Assembly: GCA_963848295.1 (NCBI GenBank) | Contig: CAWKDB010000010.1 | Location: 4,480,001 to 4,544,000, forward strand | From: an uncultured delta proteobacterium | GTDB taxonomy: Bacteria > Myxococcota_A > Polyangia > Haliangiales > Haliangiaceae | DNA length: 64,000 bases | Direction: 5' to 3' | Part shown: piece after piece, positions 26,235 to 38,757 of the stretch | Position numbering within the stretch: the first letter of the stretch is position 1 | How the letters are laid out: each line of letters starts with the position of its first letter | Made by a program: the position numbers and the translations under genes | The notes under the pieces: model-generated | The model's database searches: none | What the model was told of the DNA's origin: nothing | Seen by the model: only the letters and a program-made list of their open reading frames with translations

Positions 26235-26396
26235 CTATGCGCGGGCGACTGCGGAGACGCTGCGCCGTCGGGCGAGGAGCCGTTGCTGCGCGATCCGATG
26301 GTCGCGCGACGACATCACGAGATGAACGAACACGATCACCGTGCCTAGTGTCAGGTCCGAAAGCGTCTTCTCGATGCGATCAGCAGCTGCCCACAT
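26235..26396 (-). CDS. Small hypothetical protein (53 aa, not in the ORF track)
   Basis: MWAAADRIEKTLSDLTLGTVIVFVHLVMSS...; its ATG lies 1 nt after the stop of the upstream ORF. Confidence 0.45.
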   Translation of the reverse strand: MWAAADRIEKTLSDLTLGTVIVFVHLVMSSRDHRIAQQRLLARRRSVSAVARA

Positions 26397-26397
26397 G

Positions 26398-26613
26398 TCA
26401 AGCCTCACACTCGATCGCGACGGCGGGATACGAGTCGCTGAGAAATGCGGCGAGCTCTCGATTCGTCGCGAACGAGCCGACGAGCACCACCCTGCTCACG
26501 AGCTCCGGTGTCTCGAGCTGGACGATCGCGTCGAGCGGCGTCCCCACCTGGATCACATCTCCCTGCGGTCGTGCCCTCGGGCCGTCTGAGGACATGATCA
26601 TCGTCTGATGCAT
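26398..26613 (-). CDS. Small hypothetical protein (71 aa)
   Basis: AGGAGG RBS about 7 nt upstream of the ATG at 26613 (MHQTMIM...). Confidence 0.55.
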   Translation of the reverse strand: MHQTMIMSSDGPRARPQGDVIQVGTPLDAIVQLETPELVSRVVLVGSFATNRELAAFLSDSYPAVAIECEA

Positions 26614-26711
26614 TTCGGGCCTCCTGTCCACGAACGTAGTGACGTGCAACCGTAAGACCACGTCCTCGCTCGTGGTTGCGATGGGGCGGAGCGTCCCCGG
26701 ATTGCCTCTAA

Positions 26712-29290
<2,579 letters not shown>

Positions 29291-29417
29291 GACGGTTCTC
29301 TCTGAAAGTGAATCGAGCCAGCTAGACATACCAGCAAAGTGGCGTTCGAGAGCGGTCTGGAACAAGCTCGAGAGCGCGGCTGAGCCCGTCGTCGCGGCCG
29401 GCGACGGCAGGCTCGGT

Positions 29418-29436
29418 GGTCGGCGAACCGCCGACC
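29418..29436. terminator. Hairpin just downstream of the 29440..29991 lipoprotein gene
   Basis: GGTCGGCG-AAC-CGCCGACC, a perfect 8-bp stem; a second imperfect hairpin lies at about 29382-29414. Confidence 0.45.
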
Positions 29437-29439
29437 GAA

Positions 29440-29991
29440 TCACTCGGCCGCGTTCGCCGCGTGCCACGCTATGTTTGCCGTGTGGACGGCGTTCGCGGTC
29501 GCAACCGCGGAGTCGACGAGGTTCTGCGAGAAGTACGTGTCGCCGTCGCCGTGCGGGTTGACGCCGATCGGGTGAGTCGGGCCATAGCCGCCCGTCACGC
29601 CGGTGCCGCCGTCGACGGTAACGCCGAGATACACATCGGCATAGTTGTACGCCGCGTTCACGTTGACCTCGAAGTTGTGCTCCTGGTCCTGTCCCACGCG
29701 ATACACGGCGAACACCTTCGTCGCGTCCTCGATCATCCAATGGTAGGACGTCGGCAGGTTGTCGGTCAGCTTGCCGCCTGGGTCACCGTAGGTCACCAGC
29801 TCCTGAATGCTCGTGGCTCCGGTCGGAACGTAGTCCGTGAAGTCCGGGAACCGGTTTGCGGTCCACAGCGCGACGGTGACGTCGCTTGGCGGTGGGACCG
29901 AAGTGGTCAGCTCGGAGGCGCTCGACGACGTGGTCGGGTTGTCGATGCAGCCGGCGAGAACAGCGAACAGGATCGGAAGTGCGAGACGCAT
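29440..29991 (-). CDS. Hypothetical lipoprotein, probably co-transcribed with the CHAT gene
   Basis: MRLALPILFAVLAGC lipobox; GAGGAG RBS; 26 nt after the CHAT gene stop. Confidence 0.8.
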   Translation of the reverse strand: MRLALPILFAVLAGCIDNPTTSSSASELTTSVPPPSDVTVALWTANRFPDFTDYVPTGATSIQELVTYGDPGGKLTDNLPTSYHWMIEDATKVFAVYRVGQDQEHNFEVNVNAAYNYADVYLGVTVDGGTGVTGGYGPTHPIGVNPHGDGDTYFSQNLVDSAVATANAVHTANIAWHAANAAE

Positions 29992-30017
29992 GGTGGGCTC
30001 CTCTTGGGTGACGGACT

Positions 30018-32966
30018 CTACTCGAACACGATCACGTCTCGCACCCATTCTTCGTGGTGCGATGCGATCCAGGCGATGCGTGCATCGCGCAGCGCGATCG
30101 CTACTGGGGACTTCCCCAGGATGCGGGCACGCACGTCATCGAAGAACGCACCGCCGTCGTTGTCGGGGATGGCCGACGCAGACGCGATCACGGCGCGCGC
30201 GCCCGCAGACACGAACGCTGCGGGCAAGCTCCAGCGCTCGTGCAGTACCGGTGCGGCCTGGCTCGCGCGACACGCCGCGAGGATCACGAGCGGGCTGGCA
30301 TGAAACCGCGCGGCGGCGACCTCGGCCGCGGTCAACGCATAACGGCCGTTCGCATCGGGCGACAACGCGAGATACGAGGCGTCCGACACGTCGGCGATGC
30401 CGTGCGCGTGGATCGTGACATCGCTTGCCTCGCCGATCGCCGCGAGCACGCGCTCGGGTGTGGCGGCGTCGCCCGAGATCAGCTCGGCTCCGGCCGCTGA
30501 CCATGTCGCCAGTCGGGGCAGGTGCAGCTCGGCGGGCGGCACGACGTCCGCGACGACGATCCGTTGCTCGCCTGCGGTCGCGACCGGTCGCTTGCGCGCT
30601 CCGAGATAGCGCCAGGCGATCGCGTCGGGCAGGATGCGAGCGACGCCATGCAGCGGCGGCCGTGCGATCACGTCGACGATATCGCAGTGCTCGAGCGCCG
30701 CAACGACCTCGCGCGGGACGAGGGTCGCGCCGTCGATCGCCGTCGTCGTGCGCGCCTGGTGACTCGCGACATAGGCGCCATCCCACCCGCGCGCGACCGC
30801 GATCGTCGTGGTGTCCTCGGCGGCGAGTCCGAGTGCGCAGCGCTCGGGCTCCGGGACTCCGAGCTCTTCGCTGAGCGCGCGCAACGCGTCCGCACCATCA
30901 CCGCGTTCGGCCGCTGCGACGGCGATCATCGAATAGCCCATGCCCTCGACGTGCCGCGCGTTCGGATCGTCCGGCGTCGCGTGGGCGGTCGCGATCGATC
31001 GGCGAAGTAGCGCCTCGCCGGCGGCCGGATCTCGAGCGAGCGCGAGCCGGCCCTCGGCGTTGTCGAGCAACGCACGATCGACCGGCGTGATCGTGGGAGC
31101 CGTGCGCACCGCGGCGATCTCCGCGCGCACGGCGTCGAGTTGCGCAGGCGTGCCGACGAGGCGCATCACCTCGGCGCGCACGAACGCCGCATCCGCCGCA
31201 TCCGCGTTGCCACTGCGCGGCGAGCTACATGGCGGGACCAGGGTTAGCTCGTGCGCGGCTTCGGCGAACCGCAGTTGATTGACGAGCACGGTCGCAACCC
31301 GCTCGTGGCCCCAGCGGACGACGTCACAAGCATCGTTGCCGAGCTCGAGGCTGCGCAGGCCACGGCGCTGTTCGTGCGCGGCCCGGGCGGCGGCCTCGGC
31401 GGTGTACGCGCGTGCGCTCGCCAAACCGCCGCCGGTGGCGTCGTCGGCGAGCACGGCAAGCTCGGCGAAGTCCGGAATGATCGCGCTCGCGTACTCCCAC
31501 TCGCCGACCTGCGACATGAGATGCCAGGCCTGGTCGAGTGAGCGGCGCGCGTCGCCCAGCCGTTGCTCGTGGAGGTAAAGCTCGCCGAGGCCGAGCGCGA
31601 TCTTCATGCAGCGAAAGCTCGGCGCACCTGCGGCGCACGCCGGACGTGCGCGCATGAACATCGCCTCGGCGCCGTCACGATCGCCGCGCGCGAGTTGCGC
31701 GTTGGCTTGTTGCTCGAGGCCGAGTACCTGGATCCACGGATCGGGAGACGCGGCCGTGAGCTTGGCGAACTCGGCAAGCTCCGCGGGCTTGACGGCGCCG
31801 TCATCGCCGAGCGCGAGCAGGGCGCCGATCAGCAGGTCATCGGCGTGGGCGGCACGCAACGCGGCGAGAAACGGCGCGCGTGCCGGCGGGTGACCGGACA
31901 GGATCGCGAGGTAGCTCGCCGCGAGCTCCGGCCGCGGCGCACCGCGATCGACCGCGGCGATCGCCGTGGTGGTGTGATCGGCGGCATCGATCGCCGCGGC
32001 AATCGGACGCAGCGCCTCGACGCGTTGCCGATCCGGCGCGGAGCGCAGCGCGTCGTACAGCTCGATCCGAGCGACACCCGGCGCGGTACGCGCGTCGTCG
32101 GGCGTCAGGCCGCGGCCGTGCTGTGCCATGCCAGACGCGAGGCCCGCGATCCGCAGATAGTCATCGAGCTCGCGGTCGATGGTCGTATCGAGCGCGGCAG
32201 CGCGCTTCGTCGCTTCTTCGGCCCAGCCTGGCTCGTGACGATCGGCCACGGCGTGAAACGCCGCACTCGCCGTGTAACGCAGCCCGAGGTCGCGCAACGC
32301 GAGCGCGCGATTCCACGTCGCGACCGCATGGCCCGGCGAGAGCTCGAGCGCGCGGTCTGTCAACTCGAGCGCGACGGTCGGCTTACCGTCGGCGAGCGCG
32401 AGCGCGGCGCGATCGGCGAGCACATCGGGCGAGGTCGCCGCGCGCTCGAGATAGGTCGCGGCTTGAGCGCGATCGCCGTCGAGTAGCGCGAGCACGCCCA
32501 CGCCCTGGAGGTCGCCGGTGCGCTCGACGTCGGCGAGCTGCGTCAACGGAATAGCCTCGTGCGAGGCTTGCTCGCCGCGCGCCACGTTATAGGGCCGGAA
32601 GCCGGCCGCCGGGCCCCATGCCACGCGCGCTTCGAGCTGGCGATCGCTCGCGAGCGCGAGCGCGACGACCGAGGCCGGCGAGGACGCACGCGGCTTCGTA
32701 CCGAGGTAGATCGCCAGCCCCGCGGCCGCGGCGAGCGCGACGCCGCCGATCTGCACGGCTCTCCGCCGATACCACGCGAGAGGGATGACGTCGGTCGCAC
32801 GGGCCGGTGCGGGCGTGGGCATGGCCGCGAGCTGCATCAGGTCTGCAAGCTCGGCCTGACACGACTCGCACGTCGCGAGGTGGGCGCGCGCCGCTTCGGC
32901 CGCTTCGCCACTCAGCTCGCCATCGGCGAGGAGGTGCGTGTGCTCGAGCTCGAGACAGTCGCTCAT
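30018..32966 (-). CDS. zf-HC2 anti-sigma finger - TM - TPR-like - CHAT (caspase-like) protease fusion
   Basis: N-terminal HLATCESC; TM VQIGGVALAAAAGLAIYLG; TPR-like ATWNRALALRDLGL; CHAT motifs ATPERVL, TIHAHG, LVILAACRAS, LPAAFVSAGARAVIAS; ATGA overlap with the sigma gene. Confidence 0.88.
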   Translation of the reverse strand: MSDCLELEHTHLLADGELSGEAAEAARAHLATCESCQAELADLMQLAAMPTPAPARATDVIPLAWYRRRAVQIGGVALAAAAGLAIYLGTKPRASSPASVVALALASDRQLEARVAWGPAAGFRPYNVARGEQASHEAIPLTQLADVERTGDLQGVGVLALLDGDRAQAATYLERAATSPDVLADRAALALADGKPTVALELTDRALELSPGHAVATWNRALALRDLGLRYTASAAFHAVADRHEPGWAEEATKRAAALDTTIDRELDDYLRIAGLASGMAQHGRGLTPDDARTAPGVARIELYDALRSAPDRQRVEALRPIAAAIDAADHTTTAIAAVDRGAPRPELAASYLAILSGHPPARAPFLAALRAAHADDLLIGALLALGDDGAVKPAELAEFAKLTAASPDPWIQVLGLEQQANAQLARGDRDGAEAMFMRARPACAAGAPSFRCMKIALGLGELYLHEQRLGDARRSLDQAWHLMSQVGEWEYASAIIPDFAELAVLADDATGGGLASARAYTAEAAARAAHEQRRGLRSLELGNDACDVVRWGHERVATVLVNQLRFAEAAHELTLVPPCSSPRSGNADAADAAFVRAEVMRLVGTPAQLDAVRAEIAAVRTAPTITPVDRALLDNAEGRLALARDPAAGEALLRRSIATAHATPDDPNARHVEGMGYSMIAVAAAERGDGADALRALSEELGVPEPERCALGLAAEDTTTIAVARGWDGAYVASHQARTTTAIDGATLVPREVVAALEHCDIVDVIARPPLHGVARILPDAIAWRYLGARKRPVATAGEQRIVVADVVPPAELHLPRLATWSAAGAELISGDAATPERVLAAIGEASDVTIHAHGIADVSDASYLALSPDANGRYALTAAEVAAARFHASPLVILAACRASQAAPVLHERWSLPAAFVSAGARAVIASASAIPDNDGGAFFDDVRARILGKSPVAIALRDARIAWIASHHEEWVRDVIVFE

Positions 32967-33535
32967 CGCGCCCCCCGTGCTCGGATGAAGGCGTCCTTGA
33001 GCTTCTTGCGCGCACGCAACAGCCGGGTTCCGACCGTCGCCTTCGCGATCCGCAGCTCGGCGGCGATCTCGTCGTACGACCGGCCCGCGGTGTGAAGCTC
33101 GTAGACGGTGCGAAACTCTTCGCCGATCGTCGCGAGCGCTCGCGCGATCTCTTCGGACGTGACATCGGCCCACACCGGCGGCGCGACCGGCTCGGGCATC
33201 GCGATCTGGATGTCATCGAGCGCCTCGATCTGAGGCGCGCGCTTCGCCCGGCGACAGCGATCGATGAACAGGTTGTGCATGATCGTCATCAGCCACGCCT
33301 TGACGTTGCCGCTGTCCGCGTAACGGTCCCAGTTACGCAGCGCGCGCACGTAGGTGTCGTGGACGAGATCGTGAGCATCGGAATCGTCGCGGCACAGCCG
33401 TCGCGCGGTCGCGAATAGCAACGATTCGTGCGCCTGCACCGCGTCGGCCATCGCTCTGCCACCAGTCGCGGTCACCGCGCGCGCAGGCTGCCACGCGTCA
33501 CGCGCGAGGGTCAAGGCGGCGGTCGACGCAGGCAT
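32963..33535 (-). CDS. ECF (sigma-70 group IV) RNA polymerase sigma factor
   Basis: Region 2: DAHDLVHDTYVRA...KAWLMTIMHNLFIDR. Region 4: SYDEIAAELRIAKATVGTRLLRARKKL. Alternative start at 33451. Confidence 0.93.
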   Translation of the reverse strand: MPASTAALTLARDAWQPARAVTATGGRAMADAVQAHESLLFATARRLCRDDSDAHDLVHDTYVRALRNWDRYADSGNVKAWLMTIMHNLFIDRCRRAKRAPQIEALDDIQIAMPEPVAPPVWADVTSEEIARALATIGEEFRTVYELHTAGRSYDEIAAELRIAKATVGTRLLRARKKLKDAFIRARGAR

Positions 33536-33586
33536 CCGGAACCTGTAACGCCGAGCTCGCCAAATCTTCCCGCGGAGTTTTCGTCG

Positions 33587-33610
33587 GGAACATCGCCGAC
33601 CGGCGGCGTT
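33587..33610 (+). promoter_or_regulatory. Candidate ECF-type promoter GGAAC-N15-CGTT for the divergent cargo operon
   Basis: AAC and CGT boxes resemble a generic ECF promoter, about 30 nt upstream of ATG 33641; the spacer is slightly short. Confidence 0.35.
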
Positions 33611-33640
33611 TGGCTCGCGAACGAACCCAGGAGCCTTCAG

Positions 33641-35437
33641 ATGACACTTCGAACGCTTGTGCTTGCCAGTGCCGGCGCTGCCGCGATGCTCGCGAGCCGC
33701 CCATCCCACGCCGACTCGGTGACCGACGTCTCGAACGGCACATCGATCTTTGTCCAGTACGCGCACGCGATCCTCGATGGCAACTCGTATCGCACGGCCG
33801 GCATCGTCGTCGCGAAACCGGCCGGCACGCTCGACTTCCCGCTGCCCGCGAGCGCGATCGGCCTGAACCTCCCGATCACGCTGCACCTCAACGGATCGTC
33901 GATCGGCGGCAACATCATCCAATTCACATTCAACGATGCGTTCGCCGACGTGGACATCACCGGCAACGGAGACTTGCTCACCGGTGCGAGCGGCGTCCTG
34001 CTCGTCATCGCGGCTCCGCTCGCCGGCGCCCAGTCGGCGATCTGCAACAACACCTCGTGTCCGGGCGATGTCTCGCTCGAGCTCGTGGGCGCGACGGTCA
34101 CCGCGACCGGAACCTGGGGCAGCGAACCGGTCGCGCTCGAGTCGGCTCGCGGCGTCGGCGGCGTGCCGCGCGCTCGGATGAACGGCCTTGTGGTGCCGAC
34201 CACGAGCACCGATTCGCACGGCAGGGTCTATCCGTTCTGTTCGGCGACGAATGCGACGACCCCGGGCGATCTGGTCGTGGCGCTCACCGGCGTCGCGCCG
34301 AGCGGCGGCACTCGGGTCGATCTGACGGCGCCGCACGGCTTCGGCTTGCCGAACAGCATCATCGTGCCGCAGGGGCTCACCAGCTACGACGTCCCGTTCA
34401 CCGTGCCGGTGAACTTCGTCGGCTCGATCGAGCTCGCGGCGGCCGCAGGTGGCGCGACGAGTAGCGCCGAGCTCGTCGTCGACCCGGCGATCGATTGTCA
34501 GCCGCCGGCGAGCCGACCGGGCTACGAGGCGTATGTCCCGCCGCTGCTCGTGGGCTGCACCCAGTGCTCGCAGTTCGTCGATCTCAACGACGAGAACTGG
34601 CAGCTCACGCAGGTTGGTAGCCAGTTGATCGTGATCATCGACGGCGCGCTGTCCCCGTTGCTCAAGGCGTTCCCGCAGGCGACCGCGGTCGGCGCCGATG
34701 CGCTGAACGACAGCGGGATGATCGCGGGCCGGATGACGGTCGGCGGCGTGACGCAAGCGTACCGCGCGAACCTCGCTTACGGCGCGCACGGCGCTCAGCT
34801 GCTCGGCGCGATGGTCCCCGAAGACATCGGCTCGAGCGGAACGGTCGTCGGCTATCGCTCGGACGCGAACGGCCTCCACCACGCGGTGTTCAGCGACGGG
34901 CGCGGGGTGACCGACCTCGCGCTCACGTCGTCTTACGGCATCGAAGAAGCGCGCGCACTGCGGATCTCGCCGTCCGGCCAGGTCATCGGGACGTTCACCG
35001 GCAACGACGGCGTGATCCGCGGCTACCGCTGGGTCGACGGCACGACCTATACGCTGCCGAACCTCGGCGGCTCGCCGGCGATCCCGGTCGCGGTCGATCG
35101 CCTGAACGACATCGCGGTCAACTCGAAGAGCGGGGCCGCGATCATCGGAGCGAACGGCACCGTCCTCGCGCTCGGCAATCCGAGCGGCTACGTCGGGTTC
35201 GAGATCACGTCGCTCAATCGCTATGGCTATGCGGTCGGCAACGCGTCGCCGGCGGTCGGCCTCGCGAGCGTCTCGCAGGGATTCGTGTGGATCCCGAAGC
35301 GCGGGTTCGTCGCGCTCACCAACTACGCGAAGGGCCTGTCAGTCGACCAGGCCCTGCGCATCACCGACACCAATCAGGTCGTCGTCCACGGCACGACGTC
35401 CGCCGGGATCGCCGACCTCTACCTGATCACGTTGTGA
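33641..35437 (+). CDS. Secreted multidomain protein with Ig-like segment and C-terminal HAF-like beta-propeller repeats
   Basis: Sec signal (…SHA|DS); AGGAG RBS; repeats ADALNDSGMIAG, DIGSSGTVVG, ISPSGQVIG, LNRYGYAVG. Confidence 0.75.
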   Translation: MTLRTLVLASAGAAAMLASRPSHADSVTDVSNGTSIFVQYAHAILDGNSYRTAGIVVAKPAGTLDFPLPASAIGLNLPITLHLNGSSIGGNIIQFTFNDAFADVDITGNGDLLTGASGVLLVIAAPLAGAQSAICNNTSCPGDVSLELVGATVTATGTWGSEPVALESARGVGGVPRARMNGLVVPTTSTDSHGRVYPFCSATNATTPGDLVVALTGVAPSGGTRVDLTAPHGFGLPNSIIVPQGLTSYDVPFTVPVNFVGSIELAAAAGGATSSAELVVDPAIDCQPPASRPGYEAYVPPLLVGCTQCSQFVDLNDENWQLTQVGSQLIVIIDGALSPLLKAFPQATAVGADALNDSGMIAGRMTVGGVTQAYRANLAYGAHGAQLLGAMVPEDIGSSGTVVGYRSDANGLHHAVFSDGRGVTDLALTSSYGIEEARALRISPSGQVIGTFTGNDGVIRGYRWVDGTTYTLPNLGGSPAIPVAVDRLNDIAVNSKSGAAIIGANGTVLALGNPSGYVGFEITSLNRYGYAVGNASPAVGLASVSQGFVWIPKRGFVALTNYAKGLSVDQALRITDTNQVVVHGTTSAGIADLYLITL

Positions 35438-35451
35438 AAGGACCCAGGACC

Positions 35452-36243
35452 ATGCACAAGCTACTTCGCGATTTCTCCTTCACCGTGGTCACCGCGTGCG
35501 TGCTGATCGCCTGTACCGGCGGCACGTGCACCCTGTTCGAGAAGAAGTGCGATTCACATCTGACGGTGCCCGCGATCGGCGCGTGCCCGAGCGACTTCAA
35601 CGGCTTCGGCGGCTACGGCCAGCCGTGCAACGATCCCGGCACGTGCAACGGCGGCGGGCTCGCGTGCGTCGAGGGGACATGCCTCCCATGCGGTGGCCAA
35701 GATCAAGCGTGCTGCACTCAGACCGAGGGCGGGCCGGGCACGTGCAACGGCACGACCTGCGCCTATAACGGCTACATCGATTGGTATCAATGCGAGGCCT
35801 GCGGCAACGCACTCGGCGCTTCGTGCTGCGAGGACAATCTGTGCAGCGTCGGGATGTGCGACACGAACACCGAGAAGTGCGTCGCTGCGACCTCGACGGG
35901 TGGCTCGACGACCTATTGGGTTTGGGTCGTCGATCCCGAGTGTGGTGCCCAAGCGCACGGCTTCGTCGCCGACTCGCAATCCGACGCGCAGAGTGCGGCG
36001 CAGACCTGGTTCACGAGCTCGTTCCCACAGAACGCCGGCTACTACCTGGGTGCGGCGAGCACGGGCGAGTACACGACCGCGCCGATGACGTACCAAGTCT
36101 GCCCGACGGAGTGCGCGGTGGTCGGTGGCCTGATGGAGACGACGAACACGCTCTACGCGTTCGATCCGAGCAAGATCCCGGCGTGCGAACAGCTGCTCGA
36201 CCACACGTGCAGCTGGTTGCCGACCGCGTGTCCGGGGGACTGA
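35452..36243 (+). CDS. Cys-rich putative lipoprotein
   Basis: Signal with LIAC; more than 20 Cys (PCGGQDQACC, CGNALGASCC); 14 nt after the upstream gene. Confidence 0.8.
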   Translation: MHKLLRDFSFTVVTACVLIACTGGTCTLFEKKCDSHLTVPAIGACPSDFNGFGGYGQPCNDPGTCNGGGLACVEGTCLPCGGQDQACCTQTEGGPGTCNGTTCAYNGYIDWYQCEACGNALGASCCEDNLCSVGMCDTNTEKCVAATSTGGSTTYWVWVVDPECGAQAHGFVADSQSDAQSAAQTWFTSSFPQNAGYYLGAASTGEYTTAPMTYQVCPTECAVVGGLMETTNTLYAFDPSKIPACEQLLDHTCSWLPTACPGD

Positions 36244-36246
36244 CGG

Positions 36247-36957
36247 TCAGGCAGCGATCGCCTCGACGACCTGCTTGATCGTCCGCTTCGACGTGTCGAT
36301 CGTCGCGTCGGCGCTCGCGTACAGCGGGGTACGCGCGGCGAGCAACGCGCGCAGCTCCGCAAACGCGTGCGGGTTCTCGGCCATCGGCCGCTGGTCTCCC
36401 TGCGCGACGACGCGGTTCCAGTGGTCCTCGGGGCGCGCGCGCAGCCACACGGTCCGGGCGCGCGACCGGAGCAACGCGAAGTTCGTCGGATCGTTCACGA
36501 TCGAACCGCCGGTCGCGAGCACCGCGGGACTGGAATCGGCGAGCAAGCGGCTCAGCACCTCGCGCTCGAGCCGGCGGTAGTAGGCCTCGCCGTGCAACGA
36601 GAACACCTCGCCGAGCGGCAGGCCGGCCGCTTGTTCGATCTCCTGATCGACCTCGACGAACCGCGCACCGAGCTTCTTCGCGAGCGCCGCGCCGACCGCC
36701 GACTTGCCCGCGCCGCGCACGCCGAGCAGCGCGATCGGCTTGGCCGACGGCGGTGCCTCGAGCAAGGCAGCGGGCGTCGTGCCGAGCGCGGCGGCGACCT
36801 CGGCGAACCGGCGCAACGAGATGTTGCCGTCGCCGGCCTCGAGCTGCGCGAGAAACCGCTCCGACACGCCGCTCTTTTCGGCCAGCTCCCGGCGGGACCA
36901 GCCCTGGTGGTCGCGTCGTGCGCGAACCGCGGCACCGACGGACGCGAGCAAGGTCAT
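36247..36957 (-). CDS. boxR: BoxR/BzdR-type regulator (XRE HTH plus shikimate-kinase-like domain)
   Basis: SRRELAEKSGVSERFLAQLEAGDGNIS HTH; IALLGVRGAGKS; RVVAQGDQRPM; divergent from boxC. Confidence 0.9.
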   Translation of the reverse strand: MTLLASVGAAVRARRDHQGWSRRELAEKSGVSERFLAQLEAGDGNISLRRFAEVAAALGTTPAALLEAPPSAKPIALLGVRGAGKSAVGAALAKKLGARFVEVDQEIEQAAGLPLGEVFSLHGEAYYRRLEREVLSRLLADSSPAVLATGGSIVNDPTNFALLRSRARTVWLRARPEDHWNRVVAQGDQRPMAENPHAFAELRALLAARTPLYASADATIDTSKRTIKQVVEAIAA

Positions 36958-36989
36958 GCGAAATATATTGCATGATAAGTCGAGCGTGA

Positions 36990-37007
36990 CAAGCACTAAA
37001 GTGCTTG
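36990..37007. promoter_or_regulatory. Inverted repeat CAAGCAC-TAAA-GTGCTTG, candidate BoxR operator
   Basis: Perfect 7-bp arms in the AT-rich 62-bp boxR/boxC spacer, with TGCA motifs on both sides. Confidence 0.6.
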
Positions 37008-37019
37008 ATAGAAGTATGC

Positions 37020-38753
<1,734 letters not shown>

Positions 38754-38757
38754 TCGC

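Noticed and set aside
30018..32966. Type III-E CRISPR (Craspase) locus
   Set aside because: There is no Cas7-11, Csx30/31 or array, and the CHAT protein is membrane-anchored with its own zinc finger. The comparison is an analogy only.
36247..36957. Shikimate kinase aroK
   Set aside because: The N-terminal XRE HTH and the position divergent from boxC indicate a BoxR/BzdR regulator.
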